A stretch of 64,000 nt of DNA from Candidatus Undinarchaeota archaeon (GTDB lineage Archaea; SpSt-1190; JASMDC01). The DNA lies in the NCBI GenBank assembly GCA_964519305.1, contig CAZFHY010000017.1, positions 1 through 64,000 of the forward strand. The letters run 5' to 3'. A program made the position numbers and the translations under genes. The notes beneath the pieces were generated by a model. It worked only from the letters and a program-made list of their open reading frames with translations. It made no database searches and had not been told where the DNA came from. Of the stretch, positions 49,138-59,776 are shown piece after piece. Position 1 is the first letter of the stretch. The number at the start of each line of letters is the position of its first letter.

Positions 49138-49610
49138 CAGCGACCACCTCCCTTCTTGAGGCGCTTCGCTGCTTCGAGCACCGCCTCCACGATCTTGACG
49201 TAGCCCGTGCACCTGCAAAGGTTGCCCGAGAGCGCTTCGCGCACGTCCTCCTCGGAGGGGTCGGGATTGCACCTGAGCAGTGCAAGCGATGTAAGTATGA
49301 GACCGGGGGTGCAGAAACCGCACTGTACGGCCCCTACATCGATGAAGGCCTGCTGGATGGGGTGGAGCCGGTCATCGCCGGCCACGCCCTCGATGGTGGT
49401 GACCTCGCGACCGCTGGTCTGGTGGGCGAAGATGAGGCAGGAGCAGACCGGCTCGCCGTCGAGGAGCACCGTACAAGCTCCGCACTCGCCGCTGGAGCAG
49501 CCCTCCTTGACCCCCGTGTAACCCAGCTCGCGGAGCAGGTCGAGCAGTCTGGTCTCACCGACCGGATCGACCGTGTGGTCACGGCCGTTGACCTTGAACG
49601 TGAACGACAT
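49137..49610 (-). CDS. XDH/CoxS-type 2Fe-2S subunit
   Basis: GCSSGECGACTV, QCGFCTPG, GNLCRCTGY. Confidence 0.95.
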   Translation of the reverse strand: MSFTFKVNGRDHTVDPVGETRLLDLLRELGYTGVKEGCSSGECGACTVLLDGEPVCSCLIFAHQTSGREVTTIEGVAGDDRLHPIQQAFIDVGAVQCGFCTPGLILTSLALLRCNPDPSEEDVREALSGNLCRCTGYVKIVEAVLEAAKRLKKGGGR

Positions 49611-50506
49611 CAGACCTCACCCCCCTGGGAGACGATGGCCTTCCTGAGTATGTCGCGGATGAGGGCGGCCACCATGGCGCGTCGGTACTCGTCGGAGCCG
49701 CGGACGTCGCAGATAGGGCACGCGTCCTGCCGGATGCGTTCCTCGGCGCTGGCGATTAGCTCGATGGCGGACCCTGTGTCGTGGGCGCATGCGCGTAGGT
49801 CGGCGCCTTCCAGCACCTCCTCCGTGGCGGCAGCGCGGACCGGTGTGGGGGCGACGGAGCCCATGGCGACACGGGCGGACACGACCAGACCGTCCATCAC
49901 CGCGAGCCCCGCGGCCACGGACGTCACCGAGCAGCACAATGCCTTGCGCCTGCCCAGCTTGCGGGCCTCCTGGACGAACCCGGGCGGAGGGACCGGAACG
50001 ATGACCTCTGCCAGCATTTCGTCCGGGCGGATGGCGGTCTTCCGGTTACCGATGAAGTACTCGTCAAGCGACACCTCGCGCTCGCCTTCCTTGGAGAGGA
50101 GCCTGACCTTGGACTCGAGCACCATCAGCGGCGGAGCCGTGTCGGCCGCCGGTGTCGCATAGGCGATGTTACCGGCCAGCGTCCCCCTGTTGCGGATGAG
50201 GGGCGATGCCATCTCGGCGATGATGTCCGTGAGGACAGGGCAGTGCTCGCGCAGCTCCTTCGAGTTCAGTACGTCCGTCAGGCTGGCGGTGGCGCCGATG
50301 CGGAATACGTCGCCGTCCCGCTTGACGTACCGCAGGCCGTCCACGGCCGTGAGGTCGATGAGCGTTGTCGCTGTGACGGTGCCCTTCTGCATGAGGAGGT
50401 AGAGGTCGGTGCCGCCAGCGATGCAACGGGCGTCCGCTCCCTTGTCGGCGAGCACCTCGAGCACGTCTTTGATAGTCGAGCAGTCTGCGAACGTGATGCC
50501 TTCCAT
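49610..50506 (-). CDS. XDH/CoxM-type FAD-binding subunit
   Basis: AGGTDL, IRNRGTLAGN, D.RGS.EYR. Confidence 0.93.
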   Translation of the reverse strand: MEGITFADCSTIKDVLEVLADKGADARCIAGGTDLYLLMQKGTVTATTLIDLTAVDGLRYVKRDGDVFRIGATASLTDVLNSKELREHCPVLTDIIAEMASPLIRNRGTLAGNIAYATPAADTAPPLMVLESKVRLLSKEGEREVSLDEYFIGNRKTAIRPDEMLAEVIVPVPPPGFVQEARKLGRRKALCCSVTSVAAGLAVMDGLVVSARVAMGSVAPTPVRAAATEEVLEGADLRACAHDTGSAIELIASAEERIRQDACPICDVRGSDEYRRAMVAALIRDILRKAIVSQGGEV

Positions 50507-50566
50507 GGGTCCCACGAGAAACGCGAACCGGTCAAAACAATTTATACCTTTCCAGATGGCCGCGGT

Positions 50567-51061
50567 TCAATCGTCAGCTGCCAGGAGGGTCGCAAGCTCC
50601 ACTGCCTCTTTCGGTGTCCTTGCGGCCAGCACATAATCGTCCCGCCTGTCGTCGATGCGCTCGCCGCCCATGCGTTCGGCCCACCCGCCCGAAGTGACCA
50701 GGGCCACGATACGCTTGCCGTAGGCCCAAGCAAGACCCATCTCGGAAAGGGTACCGCACCCGCCGCCTACAGCGATAACGGCATCCCCGGACAGCGCTAC
50801 GCAGGCGTTCCGGGCGAACCCGATACCCGTGCGCACCTTCACGTCCAGGAAAGCGTTGGCGTCGCTGTCGTCCTCGCCGGGGAGGATGCCCACGACCAGC
50901 CCCTCGGCGTCCTTGGCGCCCTGGGCAGCTGCCGCCATGACACCGCCGCGGCCGCCGCACACCAGGATATGCCCCTGCTTTGCGATCTCCTTTCCCAGCT
51001 GGCGGGCCAGGCGCAGGGCCCGTTCATCGGCGGCCTCGCCACCGATCACCGCGATCTGCAT
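50567..51061 (-). CDS. TIGR00725 (LOG-like) family protein
   Basis: IAVIGG, CGGRGGVM, GIGFARN, GTLSE. Confidence 0.9.
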   Translation of the reverse strand: MQIAVIGGEAADERALRLARQLGKEIAKQGHILVCGGRGGVMAAAAQGAKDAEGLVVGILPGEDDSDANAFLDVKVRTGIGFARNACVALSGDAVIAVGGGCGTLSEMGLAWAYGKRIVALVTSGGWAERMGGERIDDRRDDYVLAARTPKEAVELATLLAADD

Positions 51062-51062
51062 C

Positions 51063-51689
51063 CTACCACCCTCCGGACTGCCCGAGAGAGACCGAAGAGA
51101 CCTTTCCCTTCCGCCCGAGCTTGATGATGGCGTACCTGCCGTCCTGGGCGGGACCAGGATTGACGACGACAGTCTCCCCCAGCTGGAACCGTCCCGGTGA
51201 CTCGTGCACGTGGCCGCACACGACAAGGGCAGGAGATAGCTGCGAGATGGCGCGGTGCACCTCGTCCGAGCCGATGTCCTGACCACTGGGGAGCTGGGCG
51301 GCGCCCGTACCGCTCGGGGGTGCGTGGGTCACGAGCACAAGAGGCCCGTCCCTATCACTGGCCGCATGGAGGATGGTCCCCAGGTCCGGATGCCCCCCGC
51401 CGGCACCGGCGAAGGTGATGCCCTTCACTGCTGTCGACCTCCCGTTGATGCCCCACGCGCTCCCGTCGAGGGCCCGGATGACGTCCCCGAGGTCGCAGTT
51501 GCCCGGGATGGCGAGCACCTGCTTGTCACCCAGGGCGTCCATTGCCTCCTCCAGCTCGGAGACCGGGCCGAAGTTGGTGACGTCCCCCGCGAAGAGCACC
51601 AGATCGATCTCTTCCAGGGGCACGGCCTCCAGGATGTTCCGGAGACCGGGAAGATAGCCGTGGAGGTCCGCGATGGCGAGCAGTCTCAC
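51063..51689 (-). CDS. Metallophosphoesterase
   Basis: DLHG, GD, GNCD, THAPP, GHVHE. Confidence 0.92.
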   Translation of the reverse strand: MRLLAIADLHGYLPGLRNILEAVPLEEIDLVLFAGDVTNFGPVSELEEAMDALGDKQVLAIPGNCDLGDVIRALDGSAWGINGRSTAVKGITFAGAGGGHPDLGTILHAASDRDGPLVLVTHAPPSGTGAAQLPSGQDIGSDEVHRAISQLSPALVVCGHVHESPGRFQLGETVVVNPGPAQDGRYAIIKLGRKGKVSSVSLGQSGGW

Positions 51690-53017
51690 AGGTCCTCACC
51701 CAGGACCTCGAGGACACGATCAACCTGTTCGCCTGCAGTGCCTATGTACGATTCGGGCCTGAGAGCGGCCTTCACCTCGTCCTTGCTGATGGCGCCGCCG
51801 GCCCGTTCAACGACCGCGTCGGCGAAGTCGCCTGCGTCCTTTGCGGCCATGCGGACGAGCTCGTGCGCCTCCTGACGGTCCATGCCTTTTCCCACCAGCG
51901 CCGTCATCACGGCCTCGGCCATGTTGCGTCCGCCGGTGAGCGCGAGATTGCGCTTCACGGCCTTCTTGTCGATGGTGAGGCCGGCGAGCACGCCGGTCGT
52001 AAGGTCGAGTATGTAGTCGAGGAGGACACAGCACTCCGGTATGATGACCCGCTCCGGTGACGAATTGGTGAGGTCGCGCTCGTCCCAGAGGGGTACGTTC
52101 TCCAGCGAGGAGCAGCACAACCCCCGCACAACACGGGCCAGGCCGCATACCCTCTCTGCGTGGATGGGATTGCGCTTCTGCGGCATAGCGGAGCTACCCA
52201 CCTGCCGATCTCCCGTGGGCTCGGCGACCTCGCCGATCTCGGTGCGCTGGAGCGTCCGGATCGCGACACACACCTTGTCCAGGGTGGCCGCCACAAGGGC
52301 GCAAAGGAGGAAGAACTCGGCGTACCTGTCCCGCTGGACCACCTGGGTGGACACCAGCACCGGCTCGAGCCCCAGCCGTTCCATCATCAGTTCCTGTACA
52401 CGCCGGGCCTCGGGTCCCAGGGCCGCCTGGGTGCCCACAGCGCCGGTCATCTGGCCGACGAGCACCCGCTTGCGGCACTGTTCGAGACGCTCCCGGTGCC
52501 TGCGGACCTCGCATGCCCAAACCGCGAACCGAAGCCCGTAAGTGGTGGGGACGGCATGCTGACCATGGGTGCGGCCCACGCATACCAGGTCCCGGTTCCG
52601 TCGCGTCCGCTCGAGGAGCACGCTCTCCAGTCGTGCCAGGTCGTCACCGATGATATCGCACGCTTCCGTCAGCTGGAGTGCCGTGGCCGTGTCGAGGATG
52701 TCGCTCGAGGTTGCCCCCAAGTGCACCCACCGGCCGGCATCGCCCGCGGATTCCGAAAGGGCACGCACAAGGGCCACGACGTCGTGTCGTGTCTCGCGCT
52801 CGATCTCTTCGACGCGCTTGACGGTGACCTTCCCCGCGGCGATGGCTATGGCCTCGGCGTCCTTCTTCGGGATAGTGCCCACCTCGGCGTGCGCACGCAC
52901 GAGCGCCACCTCGACATCGAGCAGCGCCCGGAGGCGCCGGTCAGGGGTGAACACGGTCCGCATGTGCTCGCGTCCGTATCGGAAATCGATGGGATGCACG
53001 GGCGGGAGGTCGGCCAT
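51686..53017 (-). CDS. purB: Adenylosuccinate lyase
   Basis: TRHDV, HLGATSSD, GRTHGQHA, GSSAMPQKRNP; start MADLPPVHP. Confidence 0.95.
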   Translation of the reverse strand: MADLPPVHPIDFRYGREHMRTVFTPDRRLRALLDVEVALVRAHAEVGTIPKKDAEAIAIAAGKVTVKRVEEIERETRHDVVALVRALSESAGDAGRWVHLGATSSDILDTATALQLTEACDIIGDDLARLESVLLERTRRNRDLVCVGRTHGQHAVPTTYGLRFAVWACEVRRHRERLEQCRKRVLVGQMTGAVGTQAALGPEARRVQELMMERLGLEPVLVSTQVVQRDRYAEFFLLCALVAATLDKVCVAIRTLQRTEIGEVAEPTGDRQVGSSAMPQKRNPIHAERVCGLARVVRGLCCSSLENVPLWDERDLTNSSPERVIIPECCVLLDYILDLTTGVLAGLTIDKKAVKRNLALTGGRNMAEAVMTALVGKGMDRQEAHELVRMAAKDAGDFADAVVERAGGAISKDEVKAALRPESYIGTAGEQVDRVLEVLGEDL

Positions 53018-53123
53018 ACAACGGACCATCCGTGGAAGGCATAAAAATGTTTTGGCGGACGCGTCCGCCGTCCGGAGTTCCGAACGATATAAAAAACTTG
53101 GACAGCACAACATGTACGCAATG

Positions 53124-53498
53124 ATGCGTGCAGAACGTGCATTCGTATCCTCAGTGATCCTCATCCTGGCGCTCGCTGCCATCGCTGGCTGCACCGGGGG
53201 GAGCGATGCTGATGACGATGGGACCAAGAAGGTCGGGATCGGGATCATCGCAGGCAACGTGACCGATACCAGCGGGGAGCCGCTCCCGGGAGCCGCCGTC
53301 ACCTTCGCCAATCCCACGGGCTACAATGACACTATGTTCTCGAACGCCAAGGGATGGTTCCAGTTCGACGTCGCATCGCAGGACGGGCCCTACACGGGAA
53401 CTGTCACCCTGCCCGACTACAAGACGTGGACGAAGGCCGATATAGTGGTCGAGAGGGACGAGATGACGATCGTCGAGGTAATCCTGCGGCCCGAGTAG
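53124..53498 (+). CDS. Lipoprotein with carboxypeptidase-regulatory-like domain
   Basis: IAGC lipobox; GNVTDTSGEPLPGAAV; TATA at ~53088. Confidence 0.8.
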   Translation: MRAERAFVSSVILILALAAIAGCTGGSDADDDGTKKVGIGIIAGNVTDTSGEPLPGAAVTFANPTGYNDTMFSNAKGWFQFDVASQDGPYTGTVTLPDYKTWTKADIVVERDEMTIVEVILRPE

Positions 53499-53548
53499 AA
53501 CAGGTCGCTCCCGAACGCAGGAGTCACCGTATCCGTTGCCACGGACGG

Positions 53549-54811
53549 TCACATCAGCTTGGACTTCTTGAGCAGGTGCTTCTTCCCGTAGTAGGTGAGC
53601 CTGCTGTGCAAGATGTCGTCCAGTTCATCTTTCTTGTGCCGCTCCTCGATCTCCCGATACTCCTTCTGCATCCTGAGGAAGTAGCGGACCAGGACCGGAG
53701 AAAGGGACGTTGTCACCAGCGAGAGGATGACGATGGACGTCAGCATGTCCTCGGAAAAGATACCCACCTCGCGTCCGAGCTGTGCTGTGGCTAGGGTGGT
53801 GGACAGCTGGGGGATGGTGGCCGAGCCCACAGCGAACGATTCGATGATCTCCCTGCCTGCGAGCATGGCACCTATGAAACCACTGATGATCTTGGAGAGG
53901 ATGAGGCCCGCGATGATGAGCGCCGGGATGCGGATGCTGTCGGAGGACAGGATTACGGAGAAGTCGGTCTCCATCCCGATGAAGAAGAAGAAGATGGGCA
54001 CGAACACGCCGTACCCCACGGTGTTGAACTTCTCCTCCATCCGCTTGTCAACGGCGGCCGAGCACGCGATGCCGGTGATGAAGGCAGCGATGATGAGGTG
54101 GAGCCCGAAGACCTCTGCGATGAACGTGACGAACAGGAGGGTGATGAAGATGAACCGGAACTTACGCTCGAAGACGTCCTCGTCCTCCTCATGGAACGAG
54201 GTGATGTACTTCTTGGTGAGCTTGGGCACGAAGTACAGCACGGTGAAGAGGAACAAGGAGATGAGCAGGAAGTAGGAGTAGGGATCGTTGACCTTGCCGG
54301 TCTGTGCGACGGTCTGGAGGATGAAGGTGAGCCCCACGAGGCTCAGGATGTCCTGGAGTACGACCGACGAGATGACCAGGCGCCCCAGATCGGTCTTGAA
54401 CACGCCAAGTTCGATGAGCGTGGGCACGACGATGCCCACGGACGATGAGACGAAGAGCACGCCCAGAAGGTAGTTCGCTGGATACTCGAGGCCAAGGCCG
54501 CCGGCTATCCACATGCCCACGAAGAACGGTATCAGGCCGTTGAAGAACGAGATGGTCAGCGCTGAGCGGCCCACCTTCCTGACGACGTCCATCTTGATCT
54601 CAAGGCCGGCCGAGAACATCAGGAACAGAAGGCCGATGATCGAGAAGTCGTGAAGGGACTTGTCGATGGGGATCGCCTGCATCCCGTGGGGGCCCATGAT
54701 ATAGCCCAGTAAGATGAGGGCGACGGCGTAGGGGATGCCCATCCGCTTGAAGACCGAGGGACCGACGAGGGAGAAGAAGAGGATGAAGGTGAACAGGAGA
54801 ATGAAATCCAT
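53549..54811 (-). CDS. Cation:proton antiporter (CPA2)
   Basis: GLLFLMFSAGLE, SSVVLQD, FVPIFF..IG. Confidence 0.92.
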   Translation of the reverse strand: MDFILLFTFILFFSLVGPSVFKRMGIPYAVALILLGYIMGPHGMQAIPIDKSLHDFSIIGLLFLMFSAGLEIKMDVVRKVGRSALTISFFNGLIPFFVGMWIAGGLGLEYPANYLLGVLFVSSSVGIVVPTLIELGVFKTDLGRLVISSVVLQDILSLVGLTFILQTVAQTGKVNDPYSYFLLISLFLFTVLYFVPKLTKKYITSFHEEDEDVFERKFRFIFITLLFVTFIAEVFGLHLIIAAFITGIACSAAVDKRMEEKFNTVGYGVFVPIFFFFIGMETDFSVILSSDSIRIPALIIAGLILSKIISGFIGAMLAGREIIESFAVGSATIPQLSTTLATAQLGREVGIFSEDMLTSIVILSLVTTSLSPVLVRYFLRMQKEYREIEERHKKDELDDILHSRLTYYGKKHLLKKSKLM

Positions 54812-54886
54812 GCCATATTGTAAGTGGTTTTTATCGTTTATAAGGAGTACTTTTTCCCGCGCAACGCGATCCCGTATCCCCGTCGC

Positions 54887-55381
54887 TCAGAGCAGCAGGT
54901 TCAGTAGCAGGAACATGAGGGAGATGACCGTCAGCGCGATGATGAACGCGCGGACCACGAGCGCGACACTGTCCTTCCCAAAGGATGCGATCAACAGGTT
55001 CGCGAGCAGTAGCAGCACCGCTACGACCAGGTACGTGATGAGGAGGATACCGCTCAATCCGTTCATGAAGAGCATGAGCGATGCGCGCAGGAACAGCCCG
55101 ACATAGAACAGGAGGCTGATCAGGTTCATGAGGGAGCCCTTCATGGCCTCCGTGAACTCGCCATAGGTGAAGATGTATATCGTGAGGAGGGCCATCGATG
55201 ACATGAGGAGCTCGATGGTGAAGAGCGTCGAGAACGCGGGCATTGTGATGGGGTAGCGCATCGGCAGGAGGCCGCTGGTCATGACGGCCAGGTTCCTCTC
55301 CAATGAGAGGAGGACCAGAAGCGTCAGGACGAGGCCCAGAAGCTTCAATATGTTCATCGCCGTTTCGGAAATTGCACCCAT
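54887..55381 (-). CDS. Hypothetical membrane protein
   Basis: About five TM helices. Confidence 0.7.
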   Translation of the reverse strand: MGAISETAMNILKLLGLVLTLLVLLSLERNLAVMTSGLLPMRYPITMPAFSTLFTIELLMSSMALLTIYIFTYGEFTEAMKGSLMNLISLLFYVGLFLRASLMLFMNGLSGILLITYLVVAVLLLLANLLIASFGKDSVALVVRAFIIALTVISLMFLLLNLLL

Positions 55382-55482
55382 GACCGTTCGATATGAAAAG
55401 AGACGCTAACACATAAAACGTTACCCGCCCCGCGCCCGCTCGACCAAACGCTTAAGTCTTTACGTGCCGCGAGCCTCACAGG

Positions 55483-56049
55483 ATGCGGGTACAGTTCGCT
55501 ACATCGAACGAGCACAAGGTCACCGAGGCCCGTGGCATCCTGGCCGAGCTTGGCTGGGAGGTCGAGCGTGTTTCAATCGACTATCCTGAGATACGCAGTC
55601 CGTCGGTCGAGGACGTCGCCCTGGACGGTGCACGGTACGTGGCCGACAGGCTCGGTGGTCCGGTGATCGTCGAGGACACCGGTCTGTTCATTCGGGCGCT
55701 CAAGTGGTTCCCTGGCACCTACTCCAAGTACGTGCTCAACACCGTCGGCGTCCCCGGCGTGCTCCGACTCATGGAAGGTGTGGACGACCGGTACGCCGAG
55801 TTCCGGTGCGCCGTGGGCTTCTGCGAGCCCGGCGGTGAGCCCAAGGCGTTCGCTGGCGCCGTCCCTGGTACTATCAATCATGCACCCATCGGCGACGGTG
55901 GGTTCGGGTACGATCCAATATTCCTCCCAGAGGGCGATGGCAGGACCTATGCCCAGATGCCCGCGGAGGAGAAGAACGCAGTATCCCACAGAAGACGTGC
56001 ACTGGCCGCTTTCGTGGCGTGGGCGCACGAGGAGATGCCCGGCAGGTAG
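55483..56049 (+). CDS. rdgB: Non-canonical purine NTP pyrophosphatase (RdgB/Ham1)
   Basis: ATSNEHK, EDTGL, GFGYDPIF, KNAVSHR. Confidence 0.95.
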   Translation: MRVQFATSNEHKVTEARGILAELGWEVERVSIDYPEIRSPSVEDVALDGARYVADRLGGPVIVEDTGLFIRALKWFPGTYSKYVLNTVGVPGVLRLMEGVDDRYAEFRCAVGFCEPGGEPKAFAGAVPGTINHAPIGDGGFGYDPIFLPEGDGRTYAQMPAEEKNAVSHRRRALAAFVAWAHEEMPGR

Positions 56050-56055
56050 ATCACC

Positions 56056-57426
56056 ATGGAAGGCGTGCTCCGCAAGCTCGAGGATCGGTGCGACTTCGCC
56101 GATGTGGGACGTTCCTTGGTTCGTTCTTCCTTCGTCGAGGCCAAGGACCGGCAGGTGCTCACCCTGGGCACGCTCGAGAGCGAGGGGTACGGTGTCCGTG
56201 TTCTCGTGAACGGGTGCTGGGGTTTCGCCTCAGTGAACTCAAAGGACCGGCTGGCAGATGCCGCGGAGCGCGCGCTCCGTCTGGCAAAAGCATCGGCGCG
56301 GTTCAACACCGTCACCGTGTCCTTGGACGAGTTCCCCGCCAGAAAGGTACGTCACAGCACCCCCTGGAGGGAGGACGTTCGCGACGTGTCCCTGGAGGAG
56401 AAGAAGGACCTCGTGTCCCGGATGGAAAAGGCCAGTTACATCGATGACGCGATCCGGACCACGTCGTCGCTATACAAGGACACCCATGTCGAGCGTACGT
56501 ACCTCGACACCGCCGGCTCAGACGTCGAGAGCGCCGTACAGCGTGTATTCTTCCGTTCGGTTGTGAAAGGCCGACAAGGAGACCTGATCCAGGAGACCAC
56601 GGACGGTCACGCCGACGTGGGCGGGTTCGAGGTGGCGCGTCGAGGTGGCAGCGAGACTATCCCGGTGCACGCGGCAGAGCGCGTGCTGCGCCTGTTGGAT
56701 GCAAAAGCCGCGCCCGGGGGAACGTTCCCCGTGGTGATGAACCCGGAGCTCGTGGGTGTGTTCGTGCACGAGGCCGTGGGCCACGCATGCGAGGCGGACC
56801 TGGTCCTAGCTGGCACTTCCGCGTTCGCGGGACGTGAGGGCACCACGGTGGGTAGCGATCTGGTGACCATCGTCGACGATCCGACACTGCCCGGTTATGG
56901 CCACTACGAATACGATAGTGAAGGCATCGCCGGGGTCCGCACCGTCCTCATCGACGGAGGGACACTCATCGGTTTCATGAACTCGAGGGAGAGCGCGTCG
57001 CGTCTGAGCGTCGCGCCCAATGGCCACGGACGATCTGGTTCGTACTCACAACCGCCGATCGTCCGCATGAGCAACACCCACATGAGTGGAGGTGACCACG
57101 ACCTCGAAGAGCTCTTCGAGGGCATCAAGCGCGGTGTGTACATGCGGGGCGAGTATGGTGGTGTTGTGAACACCACCTCGGGCGAGTTCCTCTTCAAGAG
57201 CAAGGAAGGCCAGCTCATCGAGAACGGTGAGCTGACCGAACCGCTTCGGGACGCCGCCATGACCGGCCAGGTGCGCGAGACGTTGCTCCACGTCAGCCGT
57301 GTGGGGAAGGACATGCGTCTGGTGCATAAGCCGGGTGCTTGTGGCAAGCAAGGTCAGCATATCCCGGTGGACCTGGGCGGGCCACATGTCAGGGTAGAGG
57401 AGGTGCGCGTCGGTGGATCCGTCTGA
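56056..57426 (+). CDS. tldD: TldD family metalloprotease
   Basis: HEAVGHACEAD, DSEG, RMSN, CGK.GQ. Confidence 0.92.
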   Translation: MEGVLRKLEDRCDFADVGRSLVRSSFVEAKDRQVLTLGTLESEGYGVRVLVNGCWGFASVNSKDRLADAAERALRLAKASARFNTVTVSLDEFPARKVRHSTPWREDVRDVSLEEKKDLVSRMEKASYIDDAIRTTSSLYKDTHVERTYLDTAGSDVESAVQRVFFRSVVKGRQGDLIQETTDGHADVGGFEVARRGGSETIPVHAAERVLRLLDAKAAPGGTFPVVMNPELVGVFVHEAVGHACEADLVLAGTSAFAGREGTTVGSDLVTIVDDPTLPGYGHYEYDSEGIAGVRTVLIDGGTLIGFMNSRESASRLSVAPNGHGRSGSYSQPPIVRMSNTHMSGGDHDLEELFEGIKRGVYMRGEYGGVVNTTSGEFLFKSKEGQLIENGELTEPLRDAAMTGQVRETLLHVSRVGKDMRLVHKPGACGKQGQHIPVDLGGPHVRVEEVRVGGSV

Positions 57427-58708
57427 GCTCGTCGATGAGGTGGCACGGCGCCTGGACACGCCCTTCTTCGAGGTCGCCGTCGCCACGACAGGATCGACGA
57501 CCCTTTCGACCGAGCGGGAGAGCATCCGCAACGCCGAGAGCAGTGAGAAGTTCGTCATCGAGGTGCGGGCCGCAGACGGCGGTCGCGTCGGGTACGCCCG
57601 GAGCGTCGGCGGGGAGGCCGATGCCACCATACGCAACGCCCTTGAAGCGCTACGGCTGTCCAGTGTGGACGAGCACTTCCCCGGCGTCACCGAAGTCGCG
57701 AAACTGCCGAAAGTGTCCGGGCTGTTCGACCCGAAGGTCTCAGACATGGGCCCTGAGAACCTCGCGGACACCCTGCGTGCTCTAATGGACGCTGCAGCAT
57801 CGCCCAAGCTCGAAGTAGAGGAGGCTGCCATCTCGACGTCCGTGTCCACCTCGGCGTTCGCCAACTCGGCGGGTGTACGTGCTGAGGAACGGGCCACTAT
57901 GTGGTCGGCCGCTCTGGTGCTCGCTGGCGGGAAAATGAACGTATGGGACTACGACGGTTCGCGTGCGCTAGACATCGATATCGAGGCGCTGGGCCGACGT
58001 GTCCGCGACCTGACCTTGGCCAGCATGAAACCCAAGAAGATCGAGTCGGGACGGTTCGATGCGGTGCTCAGCCAGCACACCGTCACCGAGCTGGTCTCCA
58101 ACCTCTTGGCACCGGCGGTCAACGGTGATGTGGTCCAGCGGGGTGGTTCCCCTCTGGCCGAGCGTGTGGGTGAGGCAGTGGCGTCACATACGGTCACCAT
58201 AACCGATGACGGGCTCCTGCCCGGTGGACTGGTGTCCCAGCTGTTCGATGCGGAAGGGACGCCGAGCCGCACGACCCCGTTGGTGACGAAAGGCGTGCTC
58301 AAAGGATTCCTCCACGACAACTACACATCGAGTAGGGGTGGTGTGGCAAGCACCGGCAACTGCTCGTCGCTCTCCATCCGGCCCTCCATCCACCCGAACA
58401 ACATCGTGCTCGCACCAGGCACCCTCTCCACGGAAGGTCTCCTGAGCGAGATGGGCGACGGGCTACACATCGAGCTGCCCATGGGCGGGTTCACTGCGAA
58501 CTCCTCCACCGGCGACTTCTCGGTCCAGGTGCTCGCCGGGTTCCTGGTGAAGGGTGGCGAGGTGATTCACGCTGTAAGGGACGCCATGCTCTCTGGTAAC
58601 TTGTACGAAATGCTCGGGAACGTGGAGGCCGTGGGGAGCGAGGTGCGCCAGATATCCCATGTCGTGGCGCCACCGATACTGGTGCGGGACCTATCCCTGG
58701 TCTGCTAG
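57413..58708 (+). CDS. pmbA: PmbA/TldE family protein
   Basis: FDAEG, STGN, TGDFS; lacks HExxH; paired with tldD. Confidence 0.9.
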   Translation: MDPSELVDEVARRLDTPFFEVAVATTGSTTLSTERESIRNAESSEKFVIEVRAADGGRVGYARSVGGEADATIRNALEALRLSSVDEHFPGVTEVAKLPKVSGLFDPKVSDMGPENLADTLRALMDAAASPKLEVEEAAISTSVSTSAFANSAGVRAEERATMWSAALVLAGGKMNVWDYDGSRALDIDIEALGRRVRDLTLASMKPKKIESGRFDAVLSQHTVTELVSNLLAPAVNGDVVQRGGSPLAERVGEAVASHTVTITDDGLLPGGLVSQLFDAEGTPSRTTPLVTKGVLKGFLHDNYTSSRGGVASTGNCSSLSIRPSIHPNNIVLAPGTLSTEGLLSEMGDGLHIELPMGGFTANSSTGDFSVQVLAGFLVKGGEVIHAVRDAMLSGNLYEMLGNVEAVGSEVRQISHVVAPPILVRDLSLVC

Positions 58709-58766
58709 CAGTTCATACCCCAAGGATCGGATTAAATAATCAGTTTACATAGGTGGATACCAGGAG

Positions 58767-59729
58767 ATGGTGGTCATGGATCAAGAAACCAGCGCATACG
58801 TCGCAGTTCTTGCCACGATCATCCTCTGGAGCTCGGCTGCCGCGGTCGTCAAGACACTCATGTCGGACCTGCCATCCTACCTCGTCATGTTCTACGTGGC
58901 ACTGTTCGCCGTCGCCGGCAACCTCGCGTTGGTGGTGCTCACCGGCCGGACGGAGCGGTTCTTCTCGTACAGCAGGAACGATCTGGCTGTTTTCGCCCTC
59001 ATGGGCCTTTTAGGCAGCTACGGCTACTGCATGCTCTACTACAACGCGCTGGACATCGCGCCCGTGGTGGTGGTCAGCGTGGTCCAATACCTCTGGCCCA
59101 TCATGACGGTGCTGTGGACCGCGGTCCTCCTAAAGGAGCGGCCCGGGCCCCGGGCGGTCACAGGGCTCACGATAAGTCTGACCGGTGTGATGATCGTCGC
59201 AACCGGGGGCGACCTGTCCGTGTTGTCCCTGGAACGGCTCATGGGACCTCTCATGGCGGCCGCGGCGGCAGTGTGCTACGGCCTGTTCTCGGCCATCGGC
59301 AAGCAGCGGGACGACGACAAGGTGTGCGCGATGGCGTGGTCCTTCATATTCTACCTGACTCTCATGGTACCCACGGTCCTTGTGTTGGTCCCGGGCGGGT
59401 TCGTTCTGCCAGGAGCAAGCACGCTCCTGGGCCTGGCGTGGATGGGAGTGGCCTGCTATGCCATCGGGTACAGCCTCTGGTTGTACGCACTGTCCAACGG
59501 GGATACAGCCTCCATCTCCAACATGACCTTCCTCGCCCCGTTCCTCTCGCTCATTTGGATACGCCTGCTCCTCAAGGAGCCGATCCCCTCGGCTGCCATC
59601 ATCGGTCTTGTCGTCATAATCGTAGGTATCCTCGTGACGCGGAGCAGCAGGGTCCCTATCCCGGACGTTCCCTCCTCACGCATGCCCTCACCGGTGCCCG
59701 CGGCGGCGGTGACTTCTGACGAGACCTGA
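58767..59729 (+). CDS. DMT/EamA family transporter
   Basis: Ten TMs; LLKE duplicated halves. Confidence 0.9.
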   Translation: MVVMDQETSAYVAVLATIILWSSAAAVVKTLMSDLPSYLVMFYVALFAVAGNLALVVLTGRTERFFSYSRNDLAVFALMGLLGSYGYCMLYYNALDIAPVVVVSVVQYLWPIMTVLWTAVLLKERPGPRAVTGLTISLTGVMIVATGGDLSVLSLERLMGPLMAAAAAVCYGLFSAIGKQRDDDKVCAMAWSFIFYLTLMVPTVLVLVPGGFVLPGASTLLGLAWMGVACYAIGYSLWLYALSNGDTASISNMTFLAPFLSLIWIRLLLKEPIPSAAIIGLVVIIVGILVTRSSRVPIPDVPSSRMPSPVPAAAVTSDET

Positions 59730-59776
59730 ACCGCGGGGCCTGCCTTTTTATGTCCTGCCGCTCTATTAACCAATGT

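Noticed and set aside
46870-50506. Aerobic CO dehydrogenase
   Set aside because: The active-site loop is AYRGFG, not AYxCSFR; generic XDH-family enzyme with unknown substrate
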